From contig JAKLGA010000011.1 of assembly GCA_022710975.1 (NCBI GenBank), positions 14,678 through 78,677 on the forward strand: a DNA stretch of 64,000 nt. Reading direction: 5' to 3'. This stretch comes from Myxococcota bacterium. Its GTDB lineage: Bacteria; Myxococcota; B64-G9. A model generated the notes under the pieces. It saw only the letters and a list, made by a program, of their open reading frames with translations, was not told the origin of the DNA and searched no databases. Every line of letters begins with the position of its first letter. Positions within the stretch are counted from its first letter, which is position 1. Position numbers and translations under genes: made by a program. This document shows, in pieces, positions 38,550-47,936 of this stretch.

Positions 38550-41000
38550 ATGAACGCGATGAGGAAGATGACGAGGATGGTGGCCCTGCTCGGCGCGGCC
38601 TGTCTGCTGGCCATCGGCTGTCAGGACTACACGAACACCCACGAGAAGGTGACCTACCAGGCCCCGCTGCTGACCGGAGAGCAGGACGCCGAGACCTTCG
38701 TGGATCTGGTCGGCGGCCTCGACTTCGGCGCCCAGGCGAGCGGCAACTTCTCCACCCAGAAGATCCTGACCGGCTACGTGTTCAGCGCCAACCCGGGCGC
38801 GCGGGTGACCCTCACCCTGACCGCCGCGAACGGCGAGGATCCGGTCCTGGTGGTCTACGGCCCGCTCTCGGAGCAGGGCATCTGGGGCCGGGCCATCGTC
38901 CAGGACGACGACGCCAAGGACGGCCGCAACTCCGCCATCCACAACTTCAGCCTGCCCGGCGGCGGCCGCTACCTGATCGGCGCGGCCACCTACGACGGCG
39001 CGGTGGGCGGCCCCTTCACCGTGGACCTCGGCTGCAACGGCGAGTGCACCGACCCCTACTGCGGCGAGGTGATGTGCGACCTGTACTGCCCGTTCGGCTT
39101 CATGAGCGATCCGAACGGCTGCGCCATCTGCCGCTGCGTGGAGCCACAGTGCCAGACCGACGAGGACTGCTGGAGCCCGGACGGGATCCCGGGCCGCTGC
39201 CTGAACGGGGCCTGCGTGTTCGGCGAGGACTACCAGTGCAGCGACATGGATCCGACCTGCCCCGAGGGTTTCGAGTGCGTGCTGGACGCCTGCACCGAGC
39301 CGCAGTGCGATCCGGCCACGGGTGAGTGCTGGGCCTGCTCGGGCTACTGCCGCCCGGTGGAGCCGCCCCAGTGCTTCTCGGACGAGGAATGCATCGCCAA
39401 CGGGGTGGCGGGCCGCTGCATCAACGGCCGCTGCATCCAGGACGCGTTGCCCTGCGACATGAACGAGCAGTGCCCGGCCGGGATGATCTGCGAGATGATG
39501 TGCCCGGCCTGCCCGCCCGACGTCGGCGACTGCCCCCCCTGCATGGGCTTCTGCGTGCTCGAGGGCCCGCCCGCGTGTGACGAGGCCACCCCCTGCCCCG
39601 CGGGCATGGTCTGCGCCATGGAGTGCTGGAGCTGCGAGGATCCCACCCAGTGCCCCGAGCCCGTGTGCCAGGGCATCTGCGTGCCCGACCAGGTCGAGTG
39701 CTACTCCGACCAGGACTGCATCTACCCCGACGGCACCGTGGGCTTCTGCGCCGAGGGCCGCTGCGTGTTCCAGCAGATCCCCTGCCTGGACACCAGCGAG
39801 TGCCCGCCGGGCCAGGAGTGCCTGGTGGCCTGCATGGACTGCGATCCGACCGACCCCGACTGCCTGCCCGGCTGCCAGGGGTTCTGCGCCCCGGTGGTGC
39901 AGCCCCAGTGCTACAGCGACTACGACTGCTACGACGCGGCCGGCAACGTGGGCCGCTGCGTGAACGGGCTGTGCGTGTTCGAGCCCCTGCGCTGCCGCCT
40001 GGATTACGACTGCCCGCCCAACAACCGCTGCGACATCGTCGAGTGCGACCCGAACTGCGCGGACCCGCTGGCCTGCTGCTGGGGCATCTGCGTGCCCAAC
40101 GGCCAGCCGCAGTGCTTCAGCGACATGGACTGCATCGCCCCGGACGGTATGCCGGGCCGCTGCGTGCAGGGCTACTGCATCTTCGACGGCTGCGCCTGCC
40201 CGGAAGTGTGGGACCCGGTGTGCGGCGTGGACGGCCAGACCTACGCGAACGCCTGCTTCGCCGACTGCGCCGGCGTGCCCATCGCCTTCTGGGGCGAGTG
40301 CAGCGGCCAGCCGGGCGAGTGCTTCTCGGATCTCGACTGCCCCGCGGGCACGTACTGCGAGCTGTTCCAGGATCCGACCATGCCGCCCGAGCAGGGCGGG
40401 GTGTGCCTGCCCCTGCCGGTGATGGAGTGCCTGGCGGACGCGGACTGCCCCGAGGGCTTCCGCTGCGAGGCCGGCCTGTGCCCGGGCATGCCCTGTGACC
40501 CGGCCACCGGCGAGTGCCCGACCTGCTGGGGCCAGTGCGTGCCGGCCGAGGGCGGCTGCATCCAGACCGGCTGCAGCGGCGAGATCTGCGCCCCCTACCC
40601 GGTGAACTCGAGCTGTGTGTGGCTGCCCGAGTACGAGTGCCTGCAGTTCTCGCGCTGCGAGCTGCTGATGGACGCCGCCGGCCAGCAGACCTGCGGCTGG
40701 TTCCAGACCGACGAGTACCTGGCGTGCCTGGAGCGCATCCAGGGCGGTGGCGAGTGCCAGGCGGACAGCGACTGCCCGGCCGGCTCCTTCTGCGCGCTGG
40801 CCTGCTACGACTGCATGCCCGAGGATCCCAACTGCCTGCCGGGCTGCCAGGGCACCTGCGTCGAGCAGGGCTGCACCTGCCCCGACGTGTACGACCCGGT
40901 CTGCGCCGCGGACGCCGCGGGCGAGCTGCGGACCTTCGGCAACGCTTGCGAGGCGAGCTGCGCCAACGCCCAGGTGCTCTACTGGGGCGAGTGCCAGTGA
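38550..41000 (+). CDS. large cysteine-rich repeat lipoprotein with Kazal-type inhibitor-like domains
   Basis: The ATG at 38550 follows AAGGAGGGAG. The lipobox is 'LLAIGC'. About 14 repeats of 'QC.SD.DC...DG..GRC.NG.C.F' are present. Two Kazal-like segments are 'CACPEVWDPVCGVDGQTYANACFADCAG' and 'CTCPDVYDPVCAADAAGELRTFGNACEASCA'. Confidence 0.8.
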   Translation: MNAMRKMTRMVALLGAACLLAIGCQDYTNTHEKVTYQAPLLTGEQDAETFVDLVGGLDFGAQASGNFSTQKILTGYVFSANPGARVTLTLTAANGEDPVLVVYGPLSEQGIWGRAIVQDDDAKDGRNSAIHNFSLPGGGRYLIGAATYDGAVGGPFTVDLGCNGECTDPYCGEVMCDLYCPFGFMSDPNGCAICRCVEPQCQTDEDCWSPDGIPGRCLNGACVFGEDYQCSDMDPTCPEGFECVLDACTEPQCDPATGECWACSGYCRPVEPPQCFSDEECIANGVAGRCINGRCIQDALPCDMNEQCPAGMICEMMCPACPPDVGDCPPCMGFCVLEGPPACDEATPCPAGMVCAMECWSCEDPTQCPEPVCQGICVPDQVECYSDQDCIYPDGTVGFCAEGRCVFQQIPCLDTSECPPGQECLVACMDCDPTDPDCLPGCQGFCAPVVQPQCYSDYDCYDAAGNVGRCVNGLCVFEPLRCRLDYDCPPNNRCDIVECDPNCADPLACCWGICVPNGQPQCFSDMDCIAPDGMPGRCVQGYCIFDGCACPEVWDPVCGVDGQTYANACFADCAGVPIAFWGECSGQPGECFSDLDCPAGTYCELFQDPTMPPEQGGVCLPLPVMECLADADCPEGFRCEAGLCPGMPCDPATGECPTCWGQCVPAEGGCIQTGCSGEICAPYPVNSSCVWLPEYECLQFSRCELLMDAAGQQTCGWFQTDEYLACLERIQGGGECQADSDCPAGSFCALACYDCMPEDPNCLPGCQGTCVEQGCTCPDVYDPVCAADAAGELRTFGNACEASCANAQVLYWGECQ

Positions 41001-41048
41001 CGGCTGACAGAGGCTGAAGCGCCCCGCCCCCCGGGGCTGGGACGATGG

Positions 41049-41087
41049 GGCCCCGCATCCTTCCCCTGGGATGCGGGGCTTTTTCTT
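41049..41087 (+). terminator. Rho-independent terminator after the Kazal/Cys-rich gene
   Basis: The stem is GGCCCCGCATCC, the loop ttcccct, the second arm GGGATGCGGGGC, followed by TTTTTCTT. Confidence 0.6.
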
Positions 41088-41152
41088 GCCCACCCTTGAA
41101 CGCTTCCGCGGGGTGTGGGAGCTTCACGCAGGAGGAGAGAAGGGAGCCAGTC

Positions 41153-43051
41153 ATGCGGAGTCGGTCCTGGGTCCGGACGGTGGCGCTCGGCGCGGTGCTC
41201 CTGGGCGCCGCGGCCGGGCAGGCGCAGGAGGGGAAGATGAGCCAGGGCGTGAAGGCGCGGGAGCAGATCGAGGAGCGGTACCGCTGGCGGCTGGAGGATC
41301 TCTACCCGACCCAGGAGGCCTGGGAGGCGGACTTCAAGGCGGTCGAGACCGATCTGCAGGCGCTCGGCAAGTGCCAGGGCCGGCTGGGGAAGAGCGCCAA
41401 GGGGCTCGGCGGCTGCCTGGATCTGCAGTTCTCGCTGACCAAGCGCTTCTACCGCCTGTCGACCTATGCCCAGCAGCTCAACGACCAGGACGGCGCCGCG
41501 GTCCAGGGCCAGGAGCTGAACGACCGGGCCGGCAAGCTGGGCACGCGCCTGGCGGCCGAGACCGCCTGGGTGGAGCCCGAGCTGCTGGCCGTCCCGGCCA
41601 GGAAGATGGCCGCCCTGCGGAAGGCCCGGGCGCTCGGCCCGTACGGCCACTTCCTGGACAACATCCTCCGGCGGCGCGCGCACGTGCTCGGCAAGGACGA
41701 GGAGCGCGTCGTGGCCCGGGCGGGCGACATGGCCAACCTGCCCTACACGGCCTACAATGTCCTGTCCACGTTGAACCTGCCCTTCCCCGAGTTCACCACC
41801 CGGGCCGGGGAGAAGGTGAGGCTCAACCAGGCCCAGTACACGCGCCTGCGCACGAGCCCCGACCGCGACGAGCGGCGGCGGGTGTTCCAGGCCTTCTTCG
41901 CCGCCCTCCGGTCCTTCCGCGAGAGCTACGCCGGGTTGATCTCGGGCGCGGTCAGCCGCGACCACTTCTACACCCAGGTGCGCGGCTACCGGGGCGATCT
42001 CGAGTCGGCGCTCGACGCGACGAACGTGCCCACGGCCATCTACACCAACATGCTCGAGCAGGTGCGCGCGGGCCGGCCGCTGCTGTGGCGCTACCTCAGG
42101 CTGCGTACACAGCTCCTGGGGCTCGACAAGCTGACCTACAGCGACCTCTACCCCTCCATCGTGCCCTCGGTGGAGATGCCCATCCCCTTCGACCAGGCCC
42201 GGGGGACCATCCTGGAGGCGCTCGCGGCGCTCGGGCCCGAGGTCAAGGCCATCCTGGAGGAGGCCTTCGCCAGCCGCTGGATCGACGTGTACCCGAACGC
42301 CGGCAAGCGCTCCGGGGCCTACATGTCCGGCTCGGGCTACGACGTCCACCCCTACATCCTGCTGAACTACGTCGACTCCTTCGACGCCATGAGCACCGCG
42401 GCCCACGAGCTGGGCCACGCGGTGCACTCCTACCTGGCCAACAAGGCCCAGCCCTTCCACTACTCGGGCTACCCGACCTTCACCGCCGAGGTGGCCTCGA
42501 CCGCCAACGAGAACCTGCTGCGGCTCTTCCTGACCGCCCGGGAGACCGACCCCAAGCGGCGGCTGTTCCTGCTGGGCGAGTACCTGGAGTCCTGGCGCAC
42601 GACGGTCTTCCGCCAGGCCCTGTTCGCGGAGTTCGAGCTGAAGATCCACGAGCTGGCGGCGGCCGGCAAGCCGCTGACCGCGGATCTCCTGGACGCGACC
42701 TACCTGGAGCTGCTCAAGGAGTACTACGGCGTGGCCGAGGGCGTGGTGGAGATCGATCCGCTCTACGCCATCGAGTGGGCCTACATCCCGCACTTCTACT
42801 ACAACTTCTACATGTTCCAGTACACCACCAGCTTCATCGCCTCGGTGGCCATCGCCGAGCGCATCTTCTCCGGCGACGCGGCCGCGCGGGACGGCTACCT
42901 GGCCATGCTGCGGGCCGGCGGCTCGCTCTACCCGGTGGAGCTGCTGAAGCTCGGCGGGGTGGACATGACCACGGCCGCGCCCTACCAGGTGGCCTTCAAG
43001 TCGCTGGAGAAGACCCTGGCCGAGGTCGAGCAGCTCGCCGCCAAGAAGTGA
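41153..43051 (+). CDS. pepF: secreted M3B oligoendopeptidase F-like zinc peptidase
   Basis: The ATG at 41153 follows GGGAG. The signal peptide is 'VALGAVLLGAAAGQAQE'. The zinc motif 'TAAHELGHAVH' and M3-family length are present. Confidence 0.85.
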   Translation: MRSRSWVRTVALGAVLLGAAAGQAQEGKMSQGVKAREQIEERYRWRLEDLYPTQEAWEADFKAVETDLQALGKCQGRLGKSAKGLGGCLDLQFSLTKRFYRLSTYAQQLNDQDGAAVQGQELNDRAGKLGTRLAAETAWVEPELLAVPARKMAALRKARALGPYGHFLDNILRRRAHVLGKDEERVVARAGDMANLPYTAYNVLSTLNLPFPEFTTRAGEKVRLNQAQYTRLRTSPDRDERRRVFQAFFAALRSFRESYAGLISGAVSRDHFYTQVRGYRGDLESALDATNVPTAIYTNMLEQVRAGRPLLWRYLRLRTQLLGLDKLTYSDLYPSIVPSVEMPIPFDQARGTILEALAALGPEVKAILEEAFASRWIDVYPNAGKRSGAYMSGSGYDVHPYILLNYVDSFDAMSTAAHELGHAVHSYLANKAQPFHYSGYPTFTAEVASTANENLLRLFLTARETDPKRRLFLLGEYLESWRTTVFRQALFAEFELKIHELAAAGKPLTADLLDATYLELLKEYYGVAEGVVEIDPLYAIEWAYIPHFYYNFYMFQYTTSFIASVAIAERIFSGDAAARDGYLAMLRAGGSLYPVELLKLGGVDMTTAAPYQVAFKSLEKTLAEVEQLAAKK

Positions 43052-43074
43052 GCCCGCCGAGATCTGCTTCAGAT

Positions 43075-44604
43075 CTACCGCGCCTCCTCGACGAGGACCT
43101 GCATGCCCGAGAGGATCAGGCCCGACATGGTCTGGTAGCGCGACTCGTCGTCCGACAGCCCGGTCGAGGTCTCGGCCAGGCGCAGCCGGGCCGGGGAGAC
43201 GTGCTCCGCCCCCAGGGCCGCGTCCAGCGGGCGCCACTCGCCCACCCACACCTCGGTCCACATGTGGCTGATGAGCGCCCCGTCGCTGACCGCCAGGCCG
43301 TAGACCGGGCGGGCCGGGATGCCCGCGGCCCGCGCCAGCGCGGTCAGCAGCAGCGCCATCTCCGAGCAGTCGCCCTGCTTGCGGCGCAGCGTGTCCAGCG
43401 CCGAGGCGAAGGCGAAGCCCAGGCTGCCGTCCACCTCGGCCGCCACCCAGGCCCGCAGGCGGTGGGCGGCCTCCCAGGCGTCGGCCGCGCCCCGGGTCAG
43501 CGCGCGCGCCCGCTCGGCGATCTCCGGGTGGTCGGCCTGGGCCAGCGCGGTGGGCTCCAGCAGGCTCCGCAGGGCCGGCTCGCGCACGCTGGGCGGGAAG
43601 GCGGTGGCCGGCGGCGGCGGCAGGCGCCAGGCCTCGATCACCACGCTGCCGGGCGCCGGGCCGGGCAGCGCCCGCTGGCCGGGGCCCTCGAAGTCCGCCG
43701 CCTTCACCGAGTCCGGCAGGCGCGTGAGCAGGAAGCGCACGAAGTCCTGCCGGTCCGGGTCCAGCGGCCGGCCGGACAGCTCCAGGCGCATCAGGTCGGT
43801 CAGATCCACGGGCTCGGCCGGCACCTCCGCGACCTGCCCCGGGGCGGCCGGCCGGAGCTCCCAGGTGAGCACCCCGGTGGTGGCCACCAGGCGCCTGAGG
43901 CCCCGCGCCGGGGTGAGCTCCCAGCGCAGGCGGGTGCTGGGCTCGGCGCCCAGGGTCTGCTCGAGGACCAGGCCCCGCCCGGGGTCGGCCTCGAGCGCGA
44001 CCACCTCCAGATCGGTGAAGCTGGCGGTGGAGCTGGTGTAGGCCCGGAGCTTGAGGCGCTCGCCCGGCCGCGGCAGCCGCCCGGGCCAGGCCAGCTCGGG
44101 CACCAGCCAGTCGTCCACCCCGGCGGCCTCGAAGGGCACCCGGCGGAGCTCCTGGCCGCGCACGGTCAGCATCTCGTCGCCCACCCGGCCGGCGTCGAGC
44201 TCGAGCCCCTGGGTGCCGGTCTGGGCCGCGCGCTCGTGGTAGCGCAGCACCCGCCCGGCCGCGTCGTCGAGCACCCGCGCCTGGACCTCCATGTCCAGCC
44301 GATCGCCCCGGCGCAGGTACACGCTGCGCTGCCTGAGGTCGAACAGGCGGCGGGCCCCCCGCGGGGTGTCGCAGCGCCGCTCCTCGAGCACCCGCCGGCC
44401 GGCGGGCTTGCCCTGGATGAGCACCTGGTACTCCGTGCGCACCGGGGCCACCCCGGCGCACTCGGGCCAGGGCTCGAGGGTCGCCAGCAGGGCCGCGTGG
44501 GGGGAGGCGGGCGGATCCTCCTGGCAGCCGGCCGCGAGCAGGGCGGCCAGCGCCGCCAGGGCGAGGGCGATCCCGTGGACGTGGACGGGGCGTGCGGCTG
44601 CCAT
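43075..44604 (-). CDS. lipoprotein with a C-terminal transglutaminase-like cysteine-protease-fold domain
   Basis: The lipobox is 'LLAAGC'. 'RRKQGDCSEMALLLTALARAAGIPARPVYG...HMWTEVWV' is a transglutaminase-core Cys...His pattern. Confidence 0.7.
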   Translation of the reverse strand: MAAARPVHVHGIALALAALAALLAAGCQEDPPASPHAALLATLEPWPECAGVAPVRTEYQVLIQGKPAGRRVLEERRCDTPRGARRLFDLRQRSVYLRRGDRLDMEVQARVLDDAAGRVLRYHERAAQTGTQGLELDAGRVGDEMLTVRGQELRRVPFEAAGVDDWLVPELAWPGRLPRPGERLKLRAYTSSTASFTDLEVVALEADPGRGLVLEQTLGAEPSTRLRWELTPARGLRRLVATTGVLTWELRPAAPGQVAEVPAEPVDLTDLMRLELSGRPLDPDRQDFVRFLLTRLPDSVKAADFEGPGQRALPGPAPGSVVIEAWRLPPPPATAFPPSVREPALRSLLEPTALAQADHPEIAERARALTRGAADAWEAAHRLRAWVAAEVDGSLGFAFASALDTLRRKQGDCSEMALLLTALARAAGIPARPVYGLAVSDGALISHMWTEVWVGEWRPLDAALGAEHVSPARLRLAETSTGLSDDESRYQTMSGLILSGMQVLVEEAR

Positions 44605-44669
44605 GGCGCCAGCCTACCCCGGCCCCGAGCCGGGCGGCAACTTGTGCCCGGCGGGGAGCGCGGGCTACC

Positions 44670-45377
44670 ATGGGGCCGATGTCACCCGCCGGCGGAGCGC
44701 TGCGGAGCCTGAGCATGCGGGGCGCGGACCTGCTGGAGTCCGTCGCCCGGCGCGGCCCCCTGGCGGTCGTGTTCGTGCCCACCGCCCGCCAGCTCGAGCT
44801 CGGCGAGGAGGTGAACCTGCTGCTCGACTTTCCCGCGGCGCGGCGCCACTTCCGCCTGCGGGCCAGGATCATCGCCCGGCGCATCGCCTCGTCCGGCACC
44901 GCCATCCCCCCCGGGGTGGAGCTGGAGGTGGGCAGCGAGCAGCTGCACGTGCTGCAGCTCGCGCTCGACTGCGCCGCGGGCAAGAGCGTGGACTTCATCG
45001 ATCGGAGCTCGCGGCGCGTGCCGTGCGAGGTGGTGGTCGAGTACCGCACCGACCAGGGCTTCGTGCGGGACTTCGCCGAGGACATCGGCGCCGGCGGCAC
45101 CTTCCTGCGCACCGAGCGCCTGTTCCCGGTGGGCACGCAGCTCGAGGTCAAGCTCAAGCCCCCGGGCTACCTGCTGGGGGTGCGCCTGCGCGCCCGGGTA
45201 GCCTGGGTCAAGACGCTCGGCCGCCCGCGCGGCATGGGCCTGGAGTTCCTGTTCTCCGGGGCCCGCCAGCAGGCCAAGCTGGCCCGCATCGTGGAGCGGC
45301 TCTCGGCCGAGCACGCCCGCCGCCTGACCGAGGGCCTACGCCCCTTCCGGGACAGGGCCCGCCCCGGTCCCGGCTGA
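44670..45377 (+). CDS. PilZ-domain protein
   Basis: The ATG at 44670 is assumed; the ORF begins at 44592. The C-terminal 'DQGFVRDFAEDIGAGGTFLRTERLFPVGTQLEVKLKPP...GMGLEF' is a PilZ fold, with an RxxxR-like 'RRHFRLRAR' upstream. Confidence 0.6.
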   Translation: MGPMSPAGGALRSLSMRGADLLESVARRGPLAVVFVPTARQLELGEEVNLLLDFPAARRHFRLRARIIARRIASSGTAIPPGVELEVGSEQLHVLQLALDCAAGKSVDFIDRSSRRVPCEVVVEYRTDQGFVRDFAEDIGAGGTFLRTERLFPVGTQLEVKLKPPGYLLGVRLRARVAWVKTLGRPRGMGLEFLFSGARQQAKLARIVERLSAEHARRLTEGLRPFRDRARPGPG

Positions 45378-45389
45378 GGCGGCCCGGGC

Positions 45390-46163
45390 TCAGCCCTCGG
45401 AGGCCTCCGCCGGCTCGTCGCCGTGCGCGTCCAGGAAGCGGGCGATGTTCTCTGTGTGCGCCTCGGTCAGCGTGAGGAAGTTGACGCCCAGGCCCGGGGG
45501 CGAGAGCGGATCGGCCTCGCGGCTGGGCGGGTTCACCCAGGAGACCACGGCCTCGGCCTCCATGGGCGCCTCGTCTCCGGGCAGCACGAAGCGCACCTGG
45601 AGGCGCGCGCCCTCGACCGGGGCGCCCTCGCACTGGATGAAGGCGCCCTCGCGGCTCAGGTTGTAGACCAGCCCCTCGCGCCACGGGCCGGCCGGGCTGG
45701 CCACGGCGCGGAAGTGGATGGCGAAGCCGCCGAACACCCGGGTGTAGCGGCGCAGCTCGCGGATCTTGGGGAACAGCAACCGGTTGAAGGCGAACATCAC
45801 CTCCAGCAGGTGCGCCTCCCGGGACAGGACCTCGCTGCAGCCGAGCGCGCGCAGCTTGTCTGCGGCGTCCGCCTGCAGCGGCAGGCTGGAGACTGCCAGC
45901 ACCGGCGGCAGCCCCGGCCGCTTGAGCCGCAGCCCCTCCAGGCGCGCGAGGATGGCCGGCCAGTCGGCCCCCAGGACGCGCAGGTGCAGGAAGACGAGGT
46001 CCGCGCGCTGCTCTCCGGTCAGCCGGTTCTCGAGGCGCCGATCGGTCTTGTGCTCGTCCACCTCGAAGCCCAGGCGCTCGAGGAGCCCGCGGATGACCAC
46101 CCGCGAGCGGTGCTCCGGGTCGAAGGTGGCCACCCGCTTCCTGGCTTGGCTGGGCGTGTCCAT
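45390..46163 (-). CDS. receiver-like domain protein with a C-terminal PilZ domain
   Basis: The N-terminal CheY-like fold lacks a clear phospho-acceptor context. The C-terminal 'GLVYNLSREGAFIQCEGAPVEGARLQVRF...GLGVNF' is PilZ-like. Confidence 0.55.
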   Translation of the reverse strand: MDTPSQARKRVATFDPEHRSRVVIRGLLERLGFEVDEHKTDRRLENRLTGEQRADLVFLHLRVLGADWPAILARLEGLRLKRPGLPPVLAVSSLPLQADAADKLRALGCSEVLSREAHLLEVMFAFNRLLFPKIRELRRYTRVFGGFAIHFRAVASPAGPWREGLVYNLSREGAFIQCEGAPVEGARLQVRFVLPGDEAPMEAEAVVSWVNPPSREADPLSPPGLGVNFLTLTEAHTENIARFLDAHGDEPAEASEG

Positions 46164-46191
46164 GGCGGCTCGGCTCCCTGTGTACGGAGGC

Positions 46192-47778
46192 TCAGCCCGG
46201 CTTGGAGCCGGCGGGCTGGACCCGCCGCTGCAGCAGGCGCACCTCGGATTGGGCCAGGCGATTCTGCGGGTTGGACTCCAGCGCGGCCTGGAACTCCTTC
46301 AGCGCCCGGGCCAGATCGCCGTTGCGCTTGGCGATGTAGCCCAGGTACAGGCGGGGCTCGTCGTAGTGCGGATCCAGGCCGAGCGCCTTGAGGAACGGGG
46401 TGCGCAGGTTGTCGGGCAGCTTGTCCTTGGCGGGCACCCTCTCCAGGGCCTCCAGGTAGGCCACCCGGCCCAGCTGACAGTGGTAGCTGGGCTCCTGGGG
46501 GTAGAGCCGGGCGGCCTCCTGGAACAGGGCCAGGGCCTCGGCCCAGCGCCGCGCGATGATGGCCAGCATGCCCTTCTGCGCCTGCACGTCGGCCAGCACC
46601 CGCGGCGGCACCTCGCGCCGCTCCGGGTCTCGCTGCTCGGCGCGGTCCGCCAGGTAGCGGGCCCGGCTGTCCCCGTCCGCCAGCTCGCGGAAGGCCAGCG
46701 TGGCCTGGTCCAGCAGGCGGTGGGCCAGCTCGCGCTCCTTGGGGGTCGGGTAGGCCTGCTCGATGTCGTGCAGCTTGAAGGTCCTGACCAGCCGCTCGTA
46801 GGCCGCGCGCACCTCGGGCTCCGAGGCCTGCAGCCCGACCCCCAGCAGGCCGAAGTGATCCACCCGCACCAGCGACAGGATCTTCTCGGCCAGCTTGGGA
46901 TCGATGCGGCCGTCGAGGATGCTGACCAGGGTGGGCTGGCGGACCTGGCCGTCCAGGCCGAGGTCCTCGCCCTCGTCCACGCTCACCTCGACCTCGATCG
47001 GCTGCTCCGGGTCGGGCGCCTCCCGCTCGAGCCCGGGCAGGCCGAGATCGTCGAAGGCGGGCCGCTCGACGCCGCTGGCCTCGAGCAGCCACAGCGCGTG
47101 CATGCCGTACAGCATGGACAGGAGCTGGCGCAGGTCCGCGCCCCCGGCCATCAGCCTCGCCAGGGCCGCGCCGGCGGCCACGGTGCGCAGCAGCCGGCTC
47201 TCCTTGGGGCCGAGCGGCACCGGCTGCTCGGGCCGGGGCGGGCGGGTGGTGAACACGGTCTCCTCGTCCACGCGGAACTCGTCCATCAGCCGGTCGGCGG
47301 AGTAGTGGGCCTGCAGGCCGGCGAAGATGTGCTCGGGCAGCTCCAGGCGGGCGAGCTGCAGCTCGATCGGCACGGCCACGGCCTCGAGCTGGAAGCCGTA
47401 GGACTTCATCCTGAAGCTGTTCGTCAGCTTCTTGCGGGTCTGGAACTCGAGCGCCCCGAACACCTCCTGCGGCCCGAGGATCCCGAGCTGGATCAGGATC
47501 TCGCCCGCCGGGCGCTTGGACTGCACCATGCGCTCGAGCAGCTGGTCGTACTGGGCCTTGTTGAGCTTGCCCTCGTCGAGCAGGATGCGCCCCAGGGTCT
47601 CCTCCTGGAGCCGGGACTGCACGTGGACCACCCGGCCCTGGACCAGGAACAGCACCCGCTCGACCGCCCCCTCGAGCAGGGTCAGCTTGCCGCTGAAGGA
47701 GGTGCGCCACAGGGCCGCCAGCAGGTAGGGCAGGTGGATCGGGCTGTCTTGCTCCATGTCCATGGACGGTAACAACAT
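46192..47778 (-). CDS. DUF4388-domain protein with C-terminal TPR-like repeats
   Basis: The N-terminal 'LPYLLAALWRTSFSGKLTLLEGAVERVLFLVQGRVVHV' is DUF4388-like, followed by a TPR-like helical C-terminus. The ribosome-binding site is weak. Confidence 0.6.
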   Translation of the reverse strand: MLLPSMDMEQDSPIHLPYLLAALWRTSFSGKLTLLEGAVERVLFLVQGRVVHVQSRLQEETLGRILLDEGKLNKAQYDQLLERMVQSKRPAGEILIQLGILGPQEVFGALEFQTRKKLTNSFRMKSYGFQLEAVAVPIELQLARLELPEHIFAGLQAHYSADRLMDEFRVDEETVFTTRPPRPEQPVPLGPKESRLLRTVAAGAALARLMAGGADLRQLLSMLYGMHALWLLEASGVERPAFDDLGLPGLEREAPDPEQPIEVEVSVDEGEDLGLDGQVRQPTLVSILDGRIDPKLAEKILSLVRVDHFGLLGVGLQASEPEVRAAYERLVRTFKLHDIEQAYPTPKERELAHRLLDQATLAFRELADGDSRARYLADRAEQRDPERREVPPRVLADVQAQKGMLAIIARRWAEALALFQEAARLYPQEPSYHCQLGRVAYLEALERVPAKDKLPDNLRTPFLKALGLDPHYDEPRLYLGYIAKRNGDLARALKEFQAALESNPQNRLAQSEVRLLQRRVQPAGSKPG

Positions 47779-47936
47779 GCGGCCGGGGAATCAACCGGGA
47801 CGGCTTTGGCACCAGGGATGGTTCACTTGTCGGGCTGGCACTCCTTGTCGAAGGTATGCGTCAAGACGAACTCGGCAATCCGCGGACCACATGGCCACAT
47901 CGCGCTGCTTCCTGGCTGTGGACATGCATGGGGCGC

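Noticed and set aside
40979-45157. 1392-aa minus-strand ORF
   Set aside because: It is antisense to pepF and off-frame over the transglutaminase-like lipoprotein and PilZ genes. It has no motifs and is an artefact.
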